Assembly: GCA_964035545.1 (NCBI GenBank)
Contig: OZ037765.1
Location: 23,001,504-23,065,503 of the forward strand
DNA: 64,000 nt
Origin: Bugula neritina
Lineage: Eukaryota; Animalia; Bryozoa
Reading direction: 5' to 3'
The notes beneath the pieces are model-generated. The model was not told the DNA's origin. It ran no database searches and saw only the letters and a list, made by a program, of their open reading frames with translations. Positions within the stretch are counted from its first letter, which is position 1. Each line of letters begins with the position of its first letter. Shown one piece after another: positions 14,880 through 29,500 of this stretch. The position numbers were made by a program, and so were the translations under genes.

Positions 14880-16290
14880 TATTTGTGTTAGTGTTACTGT
14901 TACCGTCAACTAAAGAGATATTCATGGTCTTTTAGTTTTACTGTCACTGTAATTGTATTTGTTATTTTTGCATAATAATAATTAAGTTGTAATTGTTAAT
15001 ACTTAATTATTATAACCATTACCATGGGTAAAAATATTCACTTTTACTTTTATTGTAATTTAAATCATTATTGACTTTGAGACTTAGAGTTAGACTATTG
15101 ACTGATAACTGATAAGTAATAAAACTAAGACTTACAGTAACACTAACTCTAAGAGCAAGAGTTAGAGTGTTAAACTTAAACTTAATAGTAATAGTAATAC
15201 TAATAGTAATAGTAATAGTAATACTTATACCATTAGTATTACTAGTACTAGTACTAGTAGTATTACATTTACTAATTTAGTGATTTACTATCAGTATTAC
15301 TATTAGTATTAGTATTAGTATTACTATTAGAGTAGTACTATTAGTGTTACATTTACAGTTTACTGCAATAGTTGTAGTAATACTAACATTTGTTATAATA
15401 TTAATAGACATAGTGAAAGTTATAATTCTTGCCTAACTTTAAGTTAAAGTTATATTTAATCGTAATCTTTAGGGTTTAGGCTAACCAAAAACCTAAACTT
15501 GAACTTTGCGAAACCCTCAACTCGAGCTGATCCAATGCCCACCTTGACCTTATCCGTTCATCATGGTTGCGCTACTCCAACTTTTCGCCTTGTTCCCTAT
15601 TTCCTCCCTAAGAAAGTTAGTAGGCGGTGTTTCTATCAGTACCAGACTCTATCAGAACTCATGATTATATCCACCTGCTTTCACAAATCGTGCTGTCTAC
15701 CCTTTGGTTCTCAACCAGCCTGGTAAATTTACCTATTTTCTCTCGCCTGCCTAGCTCTGTAAAGTTCCGGAGACCACCTTTAAAAAGACTGTTTTAGTGT
15801 TTACTGCAAATTTTTATTTGTATTTCATACGTTGAACTTGAGGTTCTCTGAAGCAAACTCTAGCTGCTCCGTTAAAATTAAACTCTCCAGTCAAACTCAG
15901 AGACAAGTGCTTATCTTCAAAAAGAATATAAATATCTATATTGATATCCTAAATAAATGATGAATAAATTTTCGTACGCTTTTCAAATATTTTGATTTTC
16001 ATAATGATAATGATAATCATAATGATAATGATATGATATTGATAATCATTATAAAATTAAATATGATGATGATTACCATTATCATTATGATGGCCGTAAA
16101 ACTAAAAAGATTACGATTAAAATAAGTAACAGTTTAATTCGTATTCTAATAGTACTAGTCATGCTAATAGTAATAGTAAATGTAATATTAATAATCATTA
16201 TCATTATGGTTTTATTTTAATACTAATACTGGAATAGTAATACTAATAGTATAATAGTGAGTAATAGTAAAGTGCAATAGTAGTTGTGTT
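14880..16290. repeat. Low-complexity TAGTAA/TACTAA/ATGATA tracts flanking a more GC-rich core (~15480-15910)
   Basis: Runs such as aatagtaatagtaatactaatagt; lies between the divergent Rab and oxidase genes. Confidence 0.7.
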
Positions 16291-17657
16291 GTGCTTCATA
16301 TTAAATTATTTAGAAAGGAACATTTAGCTTTTATAATTATGATCATGATGACATTATTTATTATTAAATTGTTATTTATTAAGCCTAAAGTAGTAGTGCC
16401 CCAGTTGAAAGTTTTGCAGGTGTGACAATGATATTCATGTTCATTTGACATGATATAATTATATTTTTAATTTTATAAACATAGATGAACACAATCAAAT
16501 ATACTGTTTATAAATGAAAGTGACATTTTTGGATCAATTTTTTGTTGTTGAAATAATATTTATGCAGGGCTCTCGATCTTATTATATAAATTGAGGCTAT
16601 ACTACAAAAATGTGTTGAGTTTATTACATCTTTCTTTCAAATTATAGCTTCTTTTCATTAATTCTCCACTTTTTTCCTCTCTCGTTTTCTACTTTGAGGG
16701 TTTTTTTTTTCAAGAAACATGGTATGTCCGCCTTTGTTTCGTGCTAGTCTATTCTTTTCTGTTGCAGCCCTTAAATTAATCGCAGTATATTGCAGTGTTA
16801 CATTATAACGTACTGTAATACACTGCGTTATAGTGTATTGTAGCGTATTACAGTATATCAGTTAATTTAAATAGGCCTTCGGCAGTGACTACGATTAAAT
16901 AAACTAAAGTATTAAAATCCTAATATTTAGTGCAGAAAAGTAGTGCTTTTTCTTTATATAATTGTATTTTCATTATATTTGTAGCTTTGAACAAAATTTA
17001 CAAATATTAGGGTGTCTTTAAACTTTAGCTGTAATTTTGTTAATATCTTATTAAACTTGAGTATAAATAGTCTGCTTGGCACTTATTTATTCCAACAGAT
17101 TGAATGCCTCTAATTGTATATATAAGCTGCTTAGCTACATCAATGATGTTTATTATCTAAGCAATATTGGCCTAAAGCTAGACTTGGAAAATAAGTGCTA
17201 TATATTCCCACTGTGAATAGAGTAATTTGAAGAACTGACTCTGTCCAAACTCTATGATTAACTAAGCTTACAACATACTTGATTACTATTCACCTGCTTA
17301 CATAATCTACCATATTAATAGCTAAATGTTGTTGAAATATAAATTGAGCAGAGTTACTAACGCTATTCTACTATTCTATTCAGTTACTGTGCAAACATCT
17401 TACAAATAAAGCAGTCATCTTAAGCCGAGTTCCTGGAGGACTAATATTTTTGTTTGTTGTTGCCTACGCAGTGCCTGAATGACAGTCAAATACGTTGCTA
17501 GACAGCCTTTTGCATTAAATCACTATTAATACAGATCATTTTAAATTAATTAAAAGGGAGTATTTAGAGGGCAGTTCTACAATAACTTTTGACTTGATTT
17601 ATTATTAATACAGCATATCATTTCTTAGAAGGAACCATTTAAAGACTAGTTCTGCTA

Positions 17658-19632
17658 ATGGAGCCTGTGTCTTATGATGTCGTCATTGTTGGTGGAGGTA
17701 TAAGTGGTCTGTATACAGCATGGAGACTGGCCATGAATACCAGCCTTAAGGTTGTGGTTCTAGAAGCAGGTGACAGATTTGGTGGCAGGTTTCTGACATG
17801 TATGATGCCAGGTGGTTTTGCTGCTGACCTTGGTGCTATGAGGTAATCAACTGTACTGTAAAGTTACACAGCATTGTTTTTACTGAAGGGCTGAATATAA
17901 ATTACCTAATGAAATTTGAGCAGGTAAAGTTGCAGTGGAAAATTAATTGATCACCAAAACAATATATTTATGTGTTAGCCCCTTGGCACATATAATCTTG
18001 ACCACCACTTTTCTCACAGAAATGCTGTTTTTGATATTTAAAAATTCATTTTGAGCCGAAAGTTTTAAAGTTTCTCACTACTTGGCAATTCTTTTTAGAA
18101 TTCTACCCTTGAGTCACAAACTACTCTCTCAGTTAATAACTGAAATGAATCTTGAGATTGAGAAGTTTTATAGAACAGAGGATTCTGCAAAGAATACATT
18201 CACTGGTTATTTCCGAAACCGTAAGGTTAAGGATCTCAATGATCTCAAAAGAATTTACGATGTTCATGAGCAAGATATGCCATATTTTGTTCCTGCAAAT
18301 TCTGGTATTGACATCAAAGTTCCAGAAAATGGCAATATCTTTGAAGGAACAATTGGTAATACAGAGTTGCTAGCTAAAGATGTGTCACAAGCCTGCTATC
18401 TTTCTTTGTCCAATAATGCTGAGGTTTTATCAAAAGGTGATTGCCATTACCCTCTTTCTATAAGCATGGCGGATTTAGCTTCATTTCTACAACAATATGA
18501 GCATATTGATAAAACTCACCCATTAGTAGGGTATCATTGCATAAAAGGAGGGTTTGAGTCTCTAATAGCTGGACTACTAGTTAAATTAAACCAAATGCCT
18601 CAAGTCACTCTCCTCAAGAATTCTATGGTAGTTGGTGTTGATGAAGACAAAACTGGTTTCTATGTATCAACAGAAAATGGAAAACCTCGCTCTATAAAAG
18701 GCAAAAGCATGGTGTTGGCCTGCAATGCAAGAGGTATTGAGCTGATTTCTTGGAATGGTCCACATTTCAGAAATACACAATTTCAGAGGTTATTTTCTAA
18801 TTTAAAGAAATCAATAGCAGTCAAGGTCTATCTGACATACCAAACAGCTTGGTGGGAAAATTACGGACTGTTTAGTGGCAGCATCGAAACAGATTTACCA
18901 ATAAAAGAAATAACTGCTTTTGGTCAAAGAGGAAAATCTAATGACTTTGCCACCCTATTAGCTGCTTTCACCTATTTGGATGTTGAAATCTTTGAAGGAC
19001 TTAACCAGGCATCATATCCACGATTTAAACCTGCTGTTGGAGATGTACCTCAAGAGCTTCTCCCTAGTCAGGTCTTGGTAGATTATGTCCAGAGGCAACT
19101 GCAAGCTGTCTTTGGTAAGAATAGTTTTTTATGTCTTTACTTCTTGCAAATAACTTCACTTTTGTTTTTGTGCTAAAATTGGCTTGCTGGATGACATTCA
19201 ACAAGAGAAATGATATAATAGTAGTAAAAAGTCAAGGTTTTGAATGCTAGTTGAACTAGCTAATATAAATAAAATGTAGATTTTCAATCCCATTTGCTGT
19301 TTATTTTAGATGTAAAAGAAATGTTGAGCCCAGTTTGTGCTGTTACAAAAATCTGGATGTCAGACCTAATTGCTGCTGCAAATTATAATTCCAGAGTTGG
19401 AGTGAACACTTATGAGCTGCAATGGAAGGCACTGAAACCATTTCCAGATGCACCAATATATATTGCTGGGGATTCATTTGTTCCTAGTATCAAATCTGTA
19501 GGAGCTTTTATAGGATGGTCTGAGGGGTCTTTATTGAATTCTGAAAGAATTTTGGTGAACCATTTTGGTTTGAAGCCTTATTCTATTGGTATTCCAATGG
19601 CAAATGAGTTTCTCACAACTGCAAAACTTTAA
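17658..19632 (+). CDS. Flavin-containing amine oxidase / L-amino-acid oxidase-like protein, 507 aa, 3 exons
   Basis: Exons 17658-17842, 18099-19114, 19310-19632 splice in phase. FAD-binding motifs [26 protein letters not shown]; [11 protein letters not shown]; C-terminal IYIAGDS...GWSEGSL; ends in AKL. Confidence 0.92.
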
Positions 19633-20521
19633 TACCCTATTTAAATTTATCCAGTAAAAGCTGCAACTGTGTACTTATGACTGGTTGAGAAATTTGAATC
19701 ATGTAAATTTTAATCCATTGGTATTCTTTTATTTGCTGTTGATGTTTTTATAACTCTAGCGGAGTTGATTAAACACAATTTGTTTCAAGATTTCCTCAAT
19801 CAGGATCTACTGCTTGGGCTGATTAAAACTCTTACAATAATTATTACTGCAAAATAAGTAGTGCTAAAGTGTTTTTCCTAGTTTTTCTTCTATCCTCGCC
19901 CTAGTAGTTGGGTATTTGTATAGTTACAACAGTGTGTATTATTGTTAATCAACTCCTAAAAATATTTTGCTTTGAAAATGTTATAAAATGTTACATTTAT
20001 AAATTTACTTGAATACATATTGTATCTGATAAAAGCAAGACTTCATCAAATTCAATATATTTCGAGAAAACAGCTATGAAATAATTAAAGCAACAACTAT
20101 GTTGCTAAGCTAGTACTTGCTTATAATAAGCAGACCTACAAAACCTGTGGTAAAAAAATGATAATCTTATACAGTGGTATAAAGCTTAAGCTTGGTTCTT
20201 TATTTAAATCAGTAGAATAAAATATTATGTGTAGAGCGATATCCATGAAGAAATAGAAAAATATTAAATGTATCATAGCAGCTAGTAGGAGTATAATGAT
20301 GATGAGCACTTAACAATTGAGACAAGAAACACTGCAAGTACCACACTGTCTACTAAATAAGACGCAGCAAATGCCATATAATTTGGTGATGCCACCACAA
20401 ATAACTTAATCTAGCATCTGTGTTCTTTATAGATAAAAATAAGGGAGCACCTTCTATCAATTCACTGCTGCAATACTAATTAGATGAAATAAAACACTCT
20501 CAGCAGGCTCTGTTGTGGCTG

Positions 20522-23500
20522 CTAAAAAGCATCATAATGTCTCTTGGCTTCTTCCAATCGCTGCGTAATCTAACAATAGAAGTTTGAAATATTCAATAAG
20601 ATAGTGCAAGCATATCTATTACTCATCAAAATTTCATTGTTTGTTAATTAGTACAAATAAAGAAGCCGTTGCGAAAATTATTAGAATTTTAAACTCACTA
20701 TTTAAATGTGTGATATGGATGTGATGAATGATATATGAAGGAGTTGGGACTGAGGGTGGAGGATATGAAGGAGTTAGAGCTGAGGGTAGAGGATATGAAG
20801 GAGTTAGGACTGAGAGTAGAGGATATGAAGGAGGTAGGACTGAGAGTGGAGGATATGAAGGAGTTAGGACTGAGAGTGGAGGATATGAAGGAGTTAAGAC
20901 TGAGAGTGGAGGACATGAAGGAGATAAAACTGAGAGTGGAGGACATGAAAGAGTTAGGACTGAGAGTGGGGGATATGAAGGAGTTAGGACTGAGAGTGGA
21001 GGGTATGAAGGAGTTAGGACTGAGGGCAAATGATGTAAAATACAACACGGTAAATATGACTCCAATTAGACTATTCAAATACAAGTGATACACAACAACC
21101 TGTAGATAAAAACAAAACTAACCCTTCGATGGAAATCAATCTGCTCATCTAACAAGTTCTGCATCATGATTTTAAACTCTTGTTGCCGATTAGCTTGGAA
21201 ATGATTGACCTCAGCATAGAGTGTGTATGAAATCGCATCTGCGTGACTAGAGAATGCCTGAACATCAGCGTCTGACATTTTACCTTCTTCATAAGATCTT
21301 TGACTTTCTCTAACCTTAGCAGAGGCTGCCTAAAGATGGTCGAAGGTAAGTTATACGGATGCATGAAACTGCTAAGTGATAATATCTTGCTGCTTAAAAT
21401 CTAACAATCAAAGGCCTCCTAACAATTTGCTGTCTTTGCTTAACGCAGAAAATCGATTTGCTTTGTGTCTTATAAGCGCAATATTAATGAGAGAACTTGT
21501 TAAAAAAGTAATATAATAGTTTGTCATTGCAAAAGTTTGTTGATGTAATTTACTATAAAAGCATATAAATTATGAAACTAGGTTTTAACATGTGTATATA
21601 GTATATACTTATACTGCAGACGGTACCTTTTGTGCTCCAAGTGTTGCTTCAAAACCTGACAGTATTCCTCTATACACTTGCAACTGATCAGTCAACGGTA
21701 TCCAATCATGCTTAGGCTGCAATGAAAGGATCAAGTTTAGCATTTAAATTAGCATTACATGCATATTTGAAATGCGGAAGAGAAATTTAATATGACTGTA
21801 AGATGATATCAACCACTGCCTAATAATCAATTCATATCCAATCAGAAAGTCAAAATAAATGACAATACGGTACAACCAAGTTCATATTTTAGTGCTTTTC
21901 CTGTGTCCCAAATTGACCAACTAGCATAACAAGTGTCAATAACTCACATCATTTACTCTGCCATATAACAAGCTAGAAATTTTAACTTTCTTTTATTTTT
22001 GTTTATAGAAAAGTTTTTAAATGTGTTTTCTTCATAATTCAGTAAAACGGGCGCTTAGAGCCATATTTGGAAAGCTGAATAAATAAGGGACCAGTAAATT
22101 AGCAGACAAGACTACTGCGGACACTAACCTGCTGCTGGAACATGATTGCAATGTCTGCATAGGCTTTGCTTGTTTCTGCCATGGCATTGTTGAGAGGGCC
22201 TGAGTCAGTACAACCATCCGTTTCGAATGCTTCCTTCACTGCGTTAACAGCCTGAGATACCTTGTTGTATTCCTTCCTGAAATCTAGAATAGAAACATTG
22301 CATGGCGCTACTACGCTGTCCCAACACAGTGAGCATGCTGCTCTGAGAAACTCTATAGACAACATATGATGGTCATTTCATTTAGAGAATATTACAGAGA
22401 GCATCTAATAGTATTAGCAGGTCTGTGTATAATTTCCATAAGAGTTCATAGGGTAATTATCTAAAAAAAAGGAAACCCATAAATGCTTTTTAGATTAAAA
22501 TTTTGTACTCTGTCAGACTGGGTTTGTGCCATGGTAACGCTAAACCAGTTGAATGAAGAATAATTACACAAACATATGTGTATGGTAAAACATGTAATAT
22601 ATTAGGGTAATACAGGCATATATCATATTATTTTATAACTTTAATAAATTGATTTCAATAAACAATAATCAAGGTTATGTGATGGTCAATAAAAAGTGTG
22701 TAACACTAACGGTTGGGATAGCGCTTAGTTTGATCGACTGCGGCTGATGAGAGCTCTTTTACTCCTTCATCCATTTTTTTAGTAAATGTGTAAAAGTTAT
22801 CTATGTCCTTTTCCCTGAAAAACGAATTAATGAGTAATAAAACATTTCAACCGATTAACACTGATGTCTAATTATTCAAATTTTATGGATAATTCCGAAA
22901 TTTGAATTTAAATGGTATTTAAATACGTTCCCACATAAATACATACACTTGAGCAGGTTCCAAGGGGGCAGCTGGAGTGACTACAGTATGAAAGAATTTC
23001 CCTCCCTTGTATTTATCGGCCTCAGCCTCTCGCTTGCCTCTCTTCCAACCCTAAAGAAACACCCACAATTCTAAATAATGTAAAACAGAACTGCACCCTG
23101 GCATCGTCTAACAGAGCTGGATTACATTGATTTCAGTGCTACTGAATAGAAGCATGAAAAAATTATTTACTCAGTCAACTTTTCAAACTCAATTTACTCA
23201 ACTTTTTTAATTAATTGATTTGAAAGTTTTAGTTCACTTAATGCAAACCACTAAAACTTAAGCACTTGAGCAAGATAAAATCTAAAATCATGTACTTTCT
23301 AGGACTTGTAGCATGTGTTCTAACTTGCTTGATATGTAAATCCAACTACGCGAAAGGTGTTCATCGTAAAATAAACTATCAACTAATTTTATTGATTAAC
23401 CTGTTTTAAAGATAATTTGCAAGTTAAATTGATTACAGGTACATTTAAGTAACTATTTGAACTTCACAAAGAGTGGAATTGAAATTTATGTCTGTTCAAT

Positions 23501-26500
23501 AAATTGATATGGTCAGCTTGGTTCTATTTTGCCGAGACACCGTTCTCAAACCCAACACTTACATCAACACCTATAGCAACTGCTAAGACCTCGTACATAC
23601 AAGCACATAATGGGAAGCTGTGCCAAGCAGCTATCAGGGCAGTTCTCACCATACCTTTTCATCTGTGCAGGTGAGAAAGTGGTTCCACACAGCTGACCTG
23701 CTAACAACTGGATGGTTGGTTATCCTGGTTACCCATTCTTGTAACTGCTTCATTCTTTCAGTAATAAAATCATCTTCGTACCGACCTGGAGTTTACAGAA
23801 ATAGAACGCAATTTGATGAATAAGCTTACAATTAATTATTCTTTGTCTTATTAGAGTAGAACATATTTATAAGAATTTTTCTCCTACGCAACACCACCAA
23901 GTGGGGTTACAAAAATTTGCATTCCTTCAGTATATGACAATAATAGAGTTGCATATATTACAGTTTTAATATTCATTAGCCAAGCTTGCGGATATATTGC
24001 ATGAACTTATAACTTCAGAATGTGAAATGGACAATCATAACAAAAGTATGATGACTTTGGCATTCAACTCCCAATCTTAGCAATAATTTAAATTATACAT
24101 CTTTTTGGATTTTCATTTCTGTATAGCTCAAAGGGACTATTTGTAGAAAGACTATGCAAGCTGCTTGCACACAAGGCATGTAACTTTATTTTGTAGTGGC
24201 CAGGATATGAAAGAAATATAATACTTCTGATAAACAATGAAGTACGGTAGTTGGCACTAACACTTGTGAATGTCACTTGTATGTATAACAAATGTATACT
24301 GTGGGTGAAATACAGTATTACAAATATATTATTACAAATCAAACTGTCTATAAATACTACAAAATATGTAGGAAATATGCTAGCTACACACTCCAAAACC
24401 TAGTACTAGATAGTTATTAGTACTAGCCACAAAGTCTCATCAGGGTGAATCAACATTAGTTTAGAAAGAAAACAATTTGCTAGAGAAACAACTACAAAAC
24501 TGAACTTGTTGTATACACAACCTGTATGATTAGCCAAACGGTCTGCTAGTAACACCAGTTCACAGACTATGCTGTGCTGTCGTGTCAGCGAGCAACAGCT
24601 AGCAGCTAGAGTCTACCCAAACAGCATGATATACTGAGCATAGAGCTAACCTAAATCAACTGACTTGGTTACAAGAGCAGCAAAATATTGACAGCAGTAA
24701 GGTAGAGTACTAGACGTGACCAATCACAAACTTTTAATTATATCAACAGAGTAACAACAAAGCAGCACCACTTACCTGTTCCTCTCCTCACTTTACAAAA
24801 TATATAAATCACTCAAGTTTTTGGATAGTAAGTCCTAAATACTCTTTGATTGAAAATTCTAGTGTAAATACAGTTATTAAGCAAATTATTATTAAAAAGT
24901 AACAAACCTGTCATCTGTTTATCTGGAAGGGGAGGGATTACTATGGTTGGGTACTTTTCCACAAATCTTCCAAGTAGCCAATCAAAATGCTTATATCTTC
25001 TCTGGACTGCAATACCACTGATCTGGAAGGTAAGAAAAGAAGAGGAAATAGCTTAGCTATTTCTTCAAATTACTTCATAACTTCCTTTGTATAGTTTCTC
25101 AGTATATTATTAAAACATTATGTATATACAATGAATGAGACATACAAGTAATACTAATATTTCAATAAGAAGTGTTAGCAGATAACATACAGATGGAGTT
25201 AACTGATAAACCATAAAACTCTTCAATCCCTTCAGTTTACTCGACTTCTTTGGAGAATCAACTAAACATGAGAATGAGTTTCTATTAGCCTCCCACTCAA
25301 AACCTCGCTGAGTTTCCTACAACAAATATAAACACAGCAGAGTTATAATTAGAACTTATACCATTCGTTCAGATTTGCTTCATCTTCAGATAAAATTTCA
25401 ACTGTACAAAAGGTATTTAACGTGAATTACTATGAGTCTAGTTTTTCACTTTATTTTATAAAACTTATTTTCTAATGCTAAAACTTATGCTAGGTGAATC
25501 TAGTAAATCTTGAGATTTGTTATGGCAATAAAACAGCCAAAAAGACAAAAGGCCTCCAAAGCAGCATTGCAAACTTGTACAAATATCAATTATTTAAAGT
25601 TTTCCATTTCACAAAAAGCTGGTAACATATTTTTTCCCAAATAACAGCAAAAATTATATTTAATACAAGTTGGAGTAACTTAGCTTCCTCAGCCAATATA
25701 CAACTCATGTTGCAGATAAGACTTAGTGCCTTACTGGGCTTAATTTAATTACACCTCAGTATGACACTTACTTTGCTGCTATACAGCTATAGTCTACACT
25801 CCATACAGTGCAATCAAACTAATTGCAGAAATTATGCCATAAAATAAGCCTACTAATAGTAATAGCACTGATCATGTCACATGCTTTGCTTGGTCAGGAG
25901 TTGATTATTTTAGCTGTGAGGAACATTAGTAACAGACTAGCGATTGTCTCCTGCCAAGTGTTGCATAGTATTGCAGTGCATAATATTATTCTACAAGTTA
26001 TTATCATACTAGTAGTGATACCACAGCGTGATTACAGTTATTACAATATATATAATGTACATTAAACTGGAAAAGGCCATCATAGCTGCATGAGTGAACT
26101 CAAGTACGTAACCATAGCAACATGCACCAAGGTTGGGTGTACTGACTTTCAATTCAACTGTTAAATAGGCCGTAAAGTGATGTAGAGATTATAAGGAACG
26201 GGACTTACTTGCATTTATCTAACTTTGAACAACTGAGTATTATTTCCATTATATGCAATCCATACTGCGTAATTTGTATACTAACTATGTAGGCCTACAT
26301 GTACGTGTAGAGTGTTCATGGACCATTATTTGTATTAAAAAACTTTCTATTATAGAGATAAAATCTATGATAATTAATTATATTCAAGTTAGAATTTGTT
26401 CAATTATTTCATCCACCTCTTACATGATGATTTATAATAATCAGAAATGACTGAACCATCTAAATCTTGCAGAGGAAATATCCAAGAGCATGCTGTCATG

Positions 26501-29500
26501 CTGCCATTACTGTACTACAGTTATACATTTAGCACAGCAGATATTGGCTTGTCTTATCAATAAAGAACAATGACTGAAGTCTGAAGAGTCAACAGCCAAA
26601 TGATAGCCATAACAATTGTACATGTAATAGTATTCAATACGCTGAGATAAGAAATGCTTGCTATAATAATAATACCATATCAGTGGTGCATTACTAGGTG
26701 ATATGACAGACCTACAGCAGCGTGTTCTCTACAGTCTACATTCAAGTGTATCCTGTGCTGTGCACAACATTTGACAAATCTAAATGTAGTGTGATTTACG
26801 CAGTGCTTTAGAATATCATGCTAACAAAACAATAATTACCAAATAGTAACTAGTAACTAGTTGCTAGTTACTAGCAATTAGTTAGTAGTAACTAACTACT
26901 AGTAACTAGTAATAACTCATCCACAATAATTCCAACTAGTAACTACATGTAGCAATTAGTTACTAATAACTAATTACTAACAACTAGCCACTAGTAACTA
27001 GTGACTAATTACTAATGACTAGCTATTAGTAATTAGTTACCAATAACTAGGCAATAGCAACTAGTTATTAGTAGGTCACTCACAATGATTCTAACTTGCT
27101 CCGACTCAGGCACACTCTGGGTTGGGTTGCTGAGTAGCTGTATGTCAAAACCCAACTTGTTGTGAGTGGACATCCTGAAACACCAAACGCACACCATATT
27201 ACATTATACTATATTTTTATACTAGTGACTAGTCCAACACAGTTGAATATATGATAACAATTCTTGCCAAACTAGGTCAGCCTGTAACTAATGTAATGAA
27301 GCAGCTATAGAATGTGTGGCATGTTGGCACACTTTTAATGAACTACTATTATATAGGGGCAGTCTAGTCAAAAGTAAATTTTATTGTTGTTTGTAATCAA
27401 CACATTATTCAACAATTTAGTCATATTTTAAATATTGTGGTTTTTTTTGTTTGATTTAATGTGTTACAACACCAGCATGTTGTAGTATAAAAGAGTATAG
27501 GTAGGGGCTTCAAATAGCTAACAGTTACAAATTCATAGACTATGCAGAAGTTAACACAACCTTGCACTCTCTACAATATATTAGAGGTGGTAACATTCAA
27601 CCTGACAGTCTTGGTTCGTACAGAAGCTGACGTGTCTCTCTGCGGCACATTTACCCTCCGATGTGCATCGCCAGTGTAGTTCTGTAAATAGCAGGTTAGC
27701 AGGTAACCTTAGAGCTATATATTACTATAATGCAGTTTAGGCCTGTCAACTAGACTAGTCTATCAAAACACTAAGCTATGTTACTAGTAAGCAAATATGG
27801 TGTGCTGCATAGTGCTTATACACTGCCTAGTAATATATCTATAATATATAGCCAGCAATTGTGGAATAAATAATAAACTAAAGCTACTAAACATTTTAGA
27901 AAACATTACATAAAACACTATAATATATGAACAAGTTTACAATTATACATGTATCCAGAATATATAAGTTGGTTTACTGATTACGATATAGATCATTCTA
28001 TGATGTCACGTACAAAAATTACTATCATGGCCAATTTACCAGAGATGAGAAACACGAACCTGCTCAGTAGAGATACTTGAACCGTCATCATCCGACCAAT
28101 CATCATCATCCCAGTCGTCGTCATCAGCGCCCGGCGCTGAGGCTGTTGTATGAGTTGTTGAAGCAGCGGGTGGTTCCCACCCACCCGCAGGCTGTGTATA
28201 TTGACCGGGGGTGTTATTCCAGCCAGCCTATAAAACATTCAATACCTATACTTTATAGCATTTCAATCACAGACCATGTTCATAATCTAAACTCTACAGT
28301 GTTGAGCAGAAGAAGGTAGTGTGGATTGATACATTCATAATATTTTAGGCAGCTTAAAACTGGAGTAATAGAAGGTTGATGGGCGATGAATGACATAAAC
28401 ATAAATAGCATAGAAATAAAAATTTTCTTCTTGTTTTTCTTGATTTAAAAATTTTACAAGCTAAAATTTCATGTATTTTAACCGGTGCAAATATTCAGTG
28501 GTAATCAAAGGATTAGCCAAACCAGCTATTAATGGAAGTTATTGAGTCTAACTAACACAGTGGGCTGTCCAACTCATCACAATACTGGGACTGCTAATCA
28601 CAACTGTGAAAGAAGTTAAAGCACATAGCAGTGATCATAACATTATGAGATGGTGAAAAGGATAGGAGTGGCAGCACTATACATAACCTGTGTAGAGTCA
28701 GCGTCATCATTTTGATCAGTTAGTGGTGGAGAGGGGGACTAAGAACAGAACACTCAAGCTGCATGATGTTGTTACTAGTGCGTTTGATTTTTCGAAATAA
28801 AAAGATATAAATAATGTGTCAAAGCTTCCTAAAATAGACTGTGTGCAACCACTCAGTAATAAATGTTATTTTAAATACATAATATTACTAAAAAGGTGAA
28901 AAACAAAAATCAGCACTATGGCTAAATAATAAAATAAGAACTAATATTGTAAAAACAACTCAAGCAACTGTATCGTCACACAAAGGTAAATACACATCTG
29001 CAGATAGCATGTTCCACATCTAAATACAAAATATGCTAATATAAGATCATATCACCTGTGCAGGTGCTTGCCATGATGACTGCTGTGCTGCTACAGCTTG
29101 TGTTCCAGGGAGTGGAGGAGGGGGCATAGAAGGTTCTGGAAGAGATTGCATAGAAGCTATCACCTCAACATAATCCTTAGGTATGAGGCCAGAACGGCCA
29201 TGTTGATTTTGTGCCTCCCACCATCCATCACCCACATCCTGAGAAAATTACAAGCACAAATGAGTCGTAGTAATAAGTTTTAATGAGTCAAAATTTTGTC
29301 TAAGGAGAAATAGACTGACTAAATTATTTTGAGTAAAACACACAACAGAAACCAACCTCATTTACAATTGTTAACGTCTCATCTGCTATAAGGGAAAGCT
29401 CCTCAGGTGTTTGTCCCTCAAAGTCATACAATGCTCTAGCCTACAATAGAGCATATCTTATCAGCTTGCTACACAAACCAGATGCACTAAATGCATGTGA

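Noticed and set aside
20634-21093. Four overlapping repetitive ORFs; possible CRISPR-like array
   Set aside because: Head-to-tail 30-bp minisatellite without unique spacers, located inside an intron of a eukaryotic gene.
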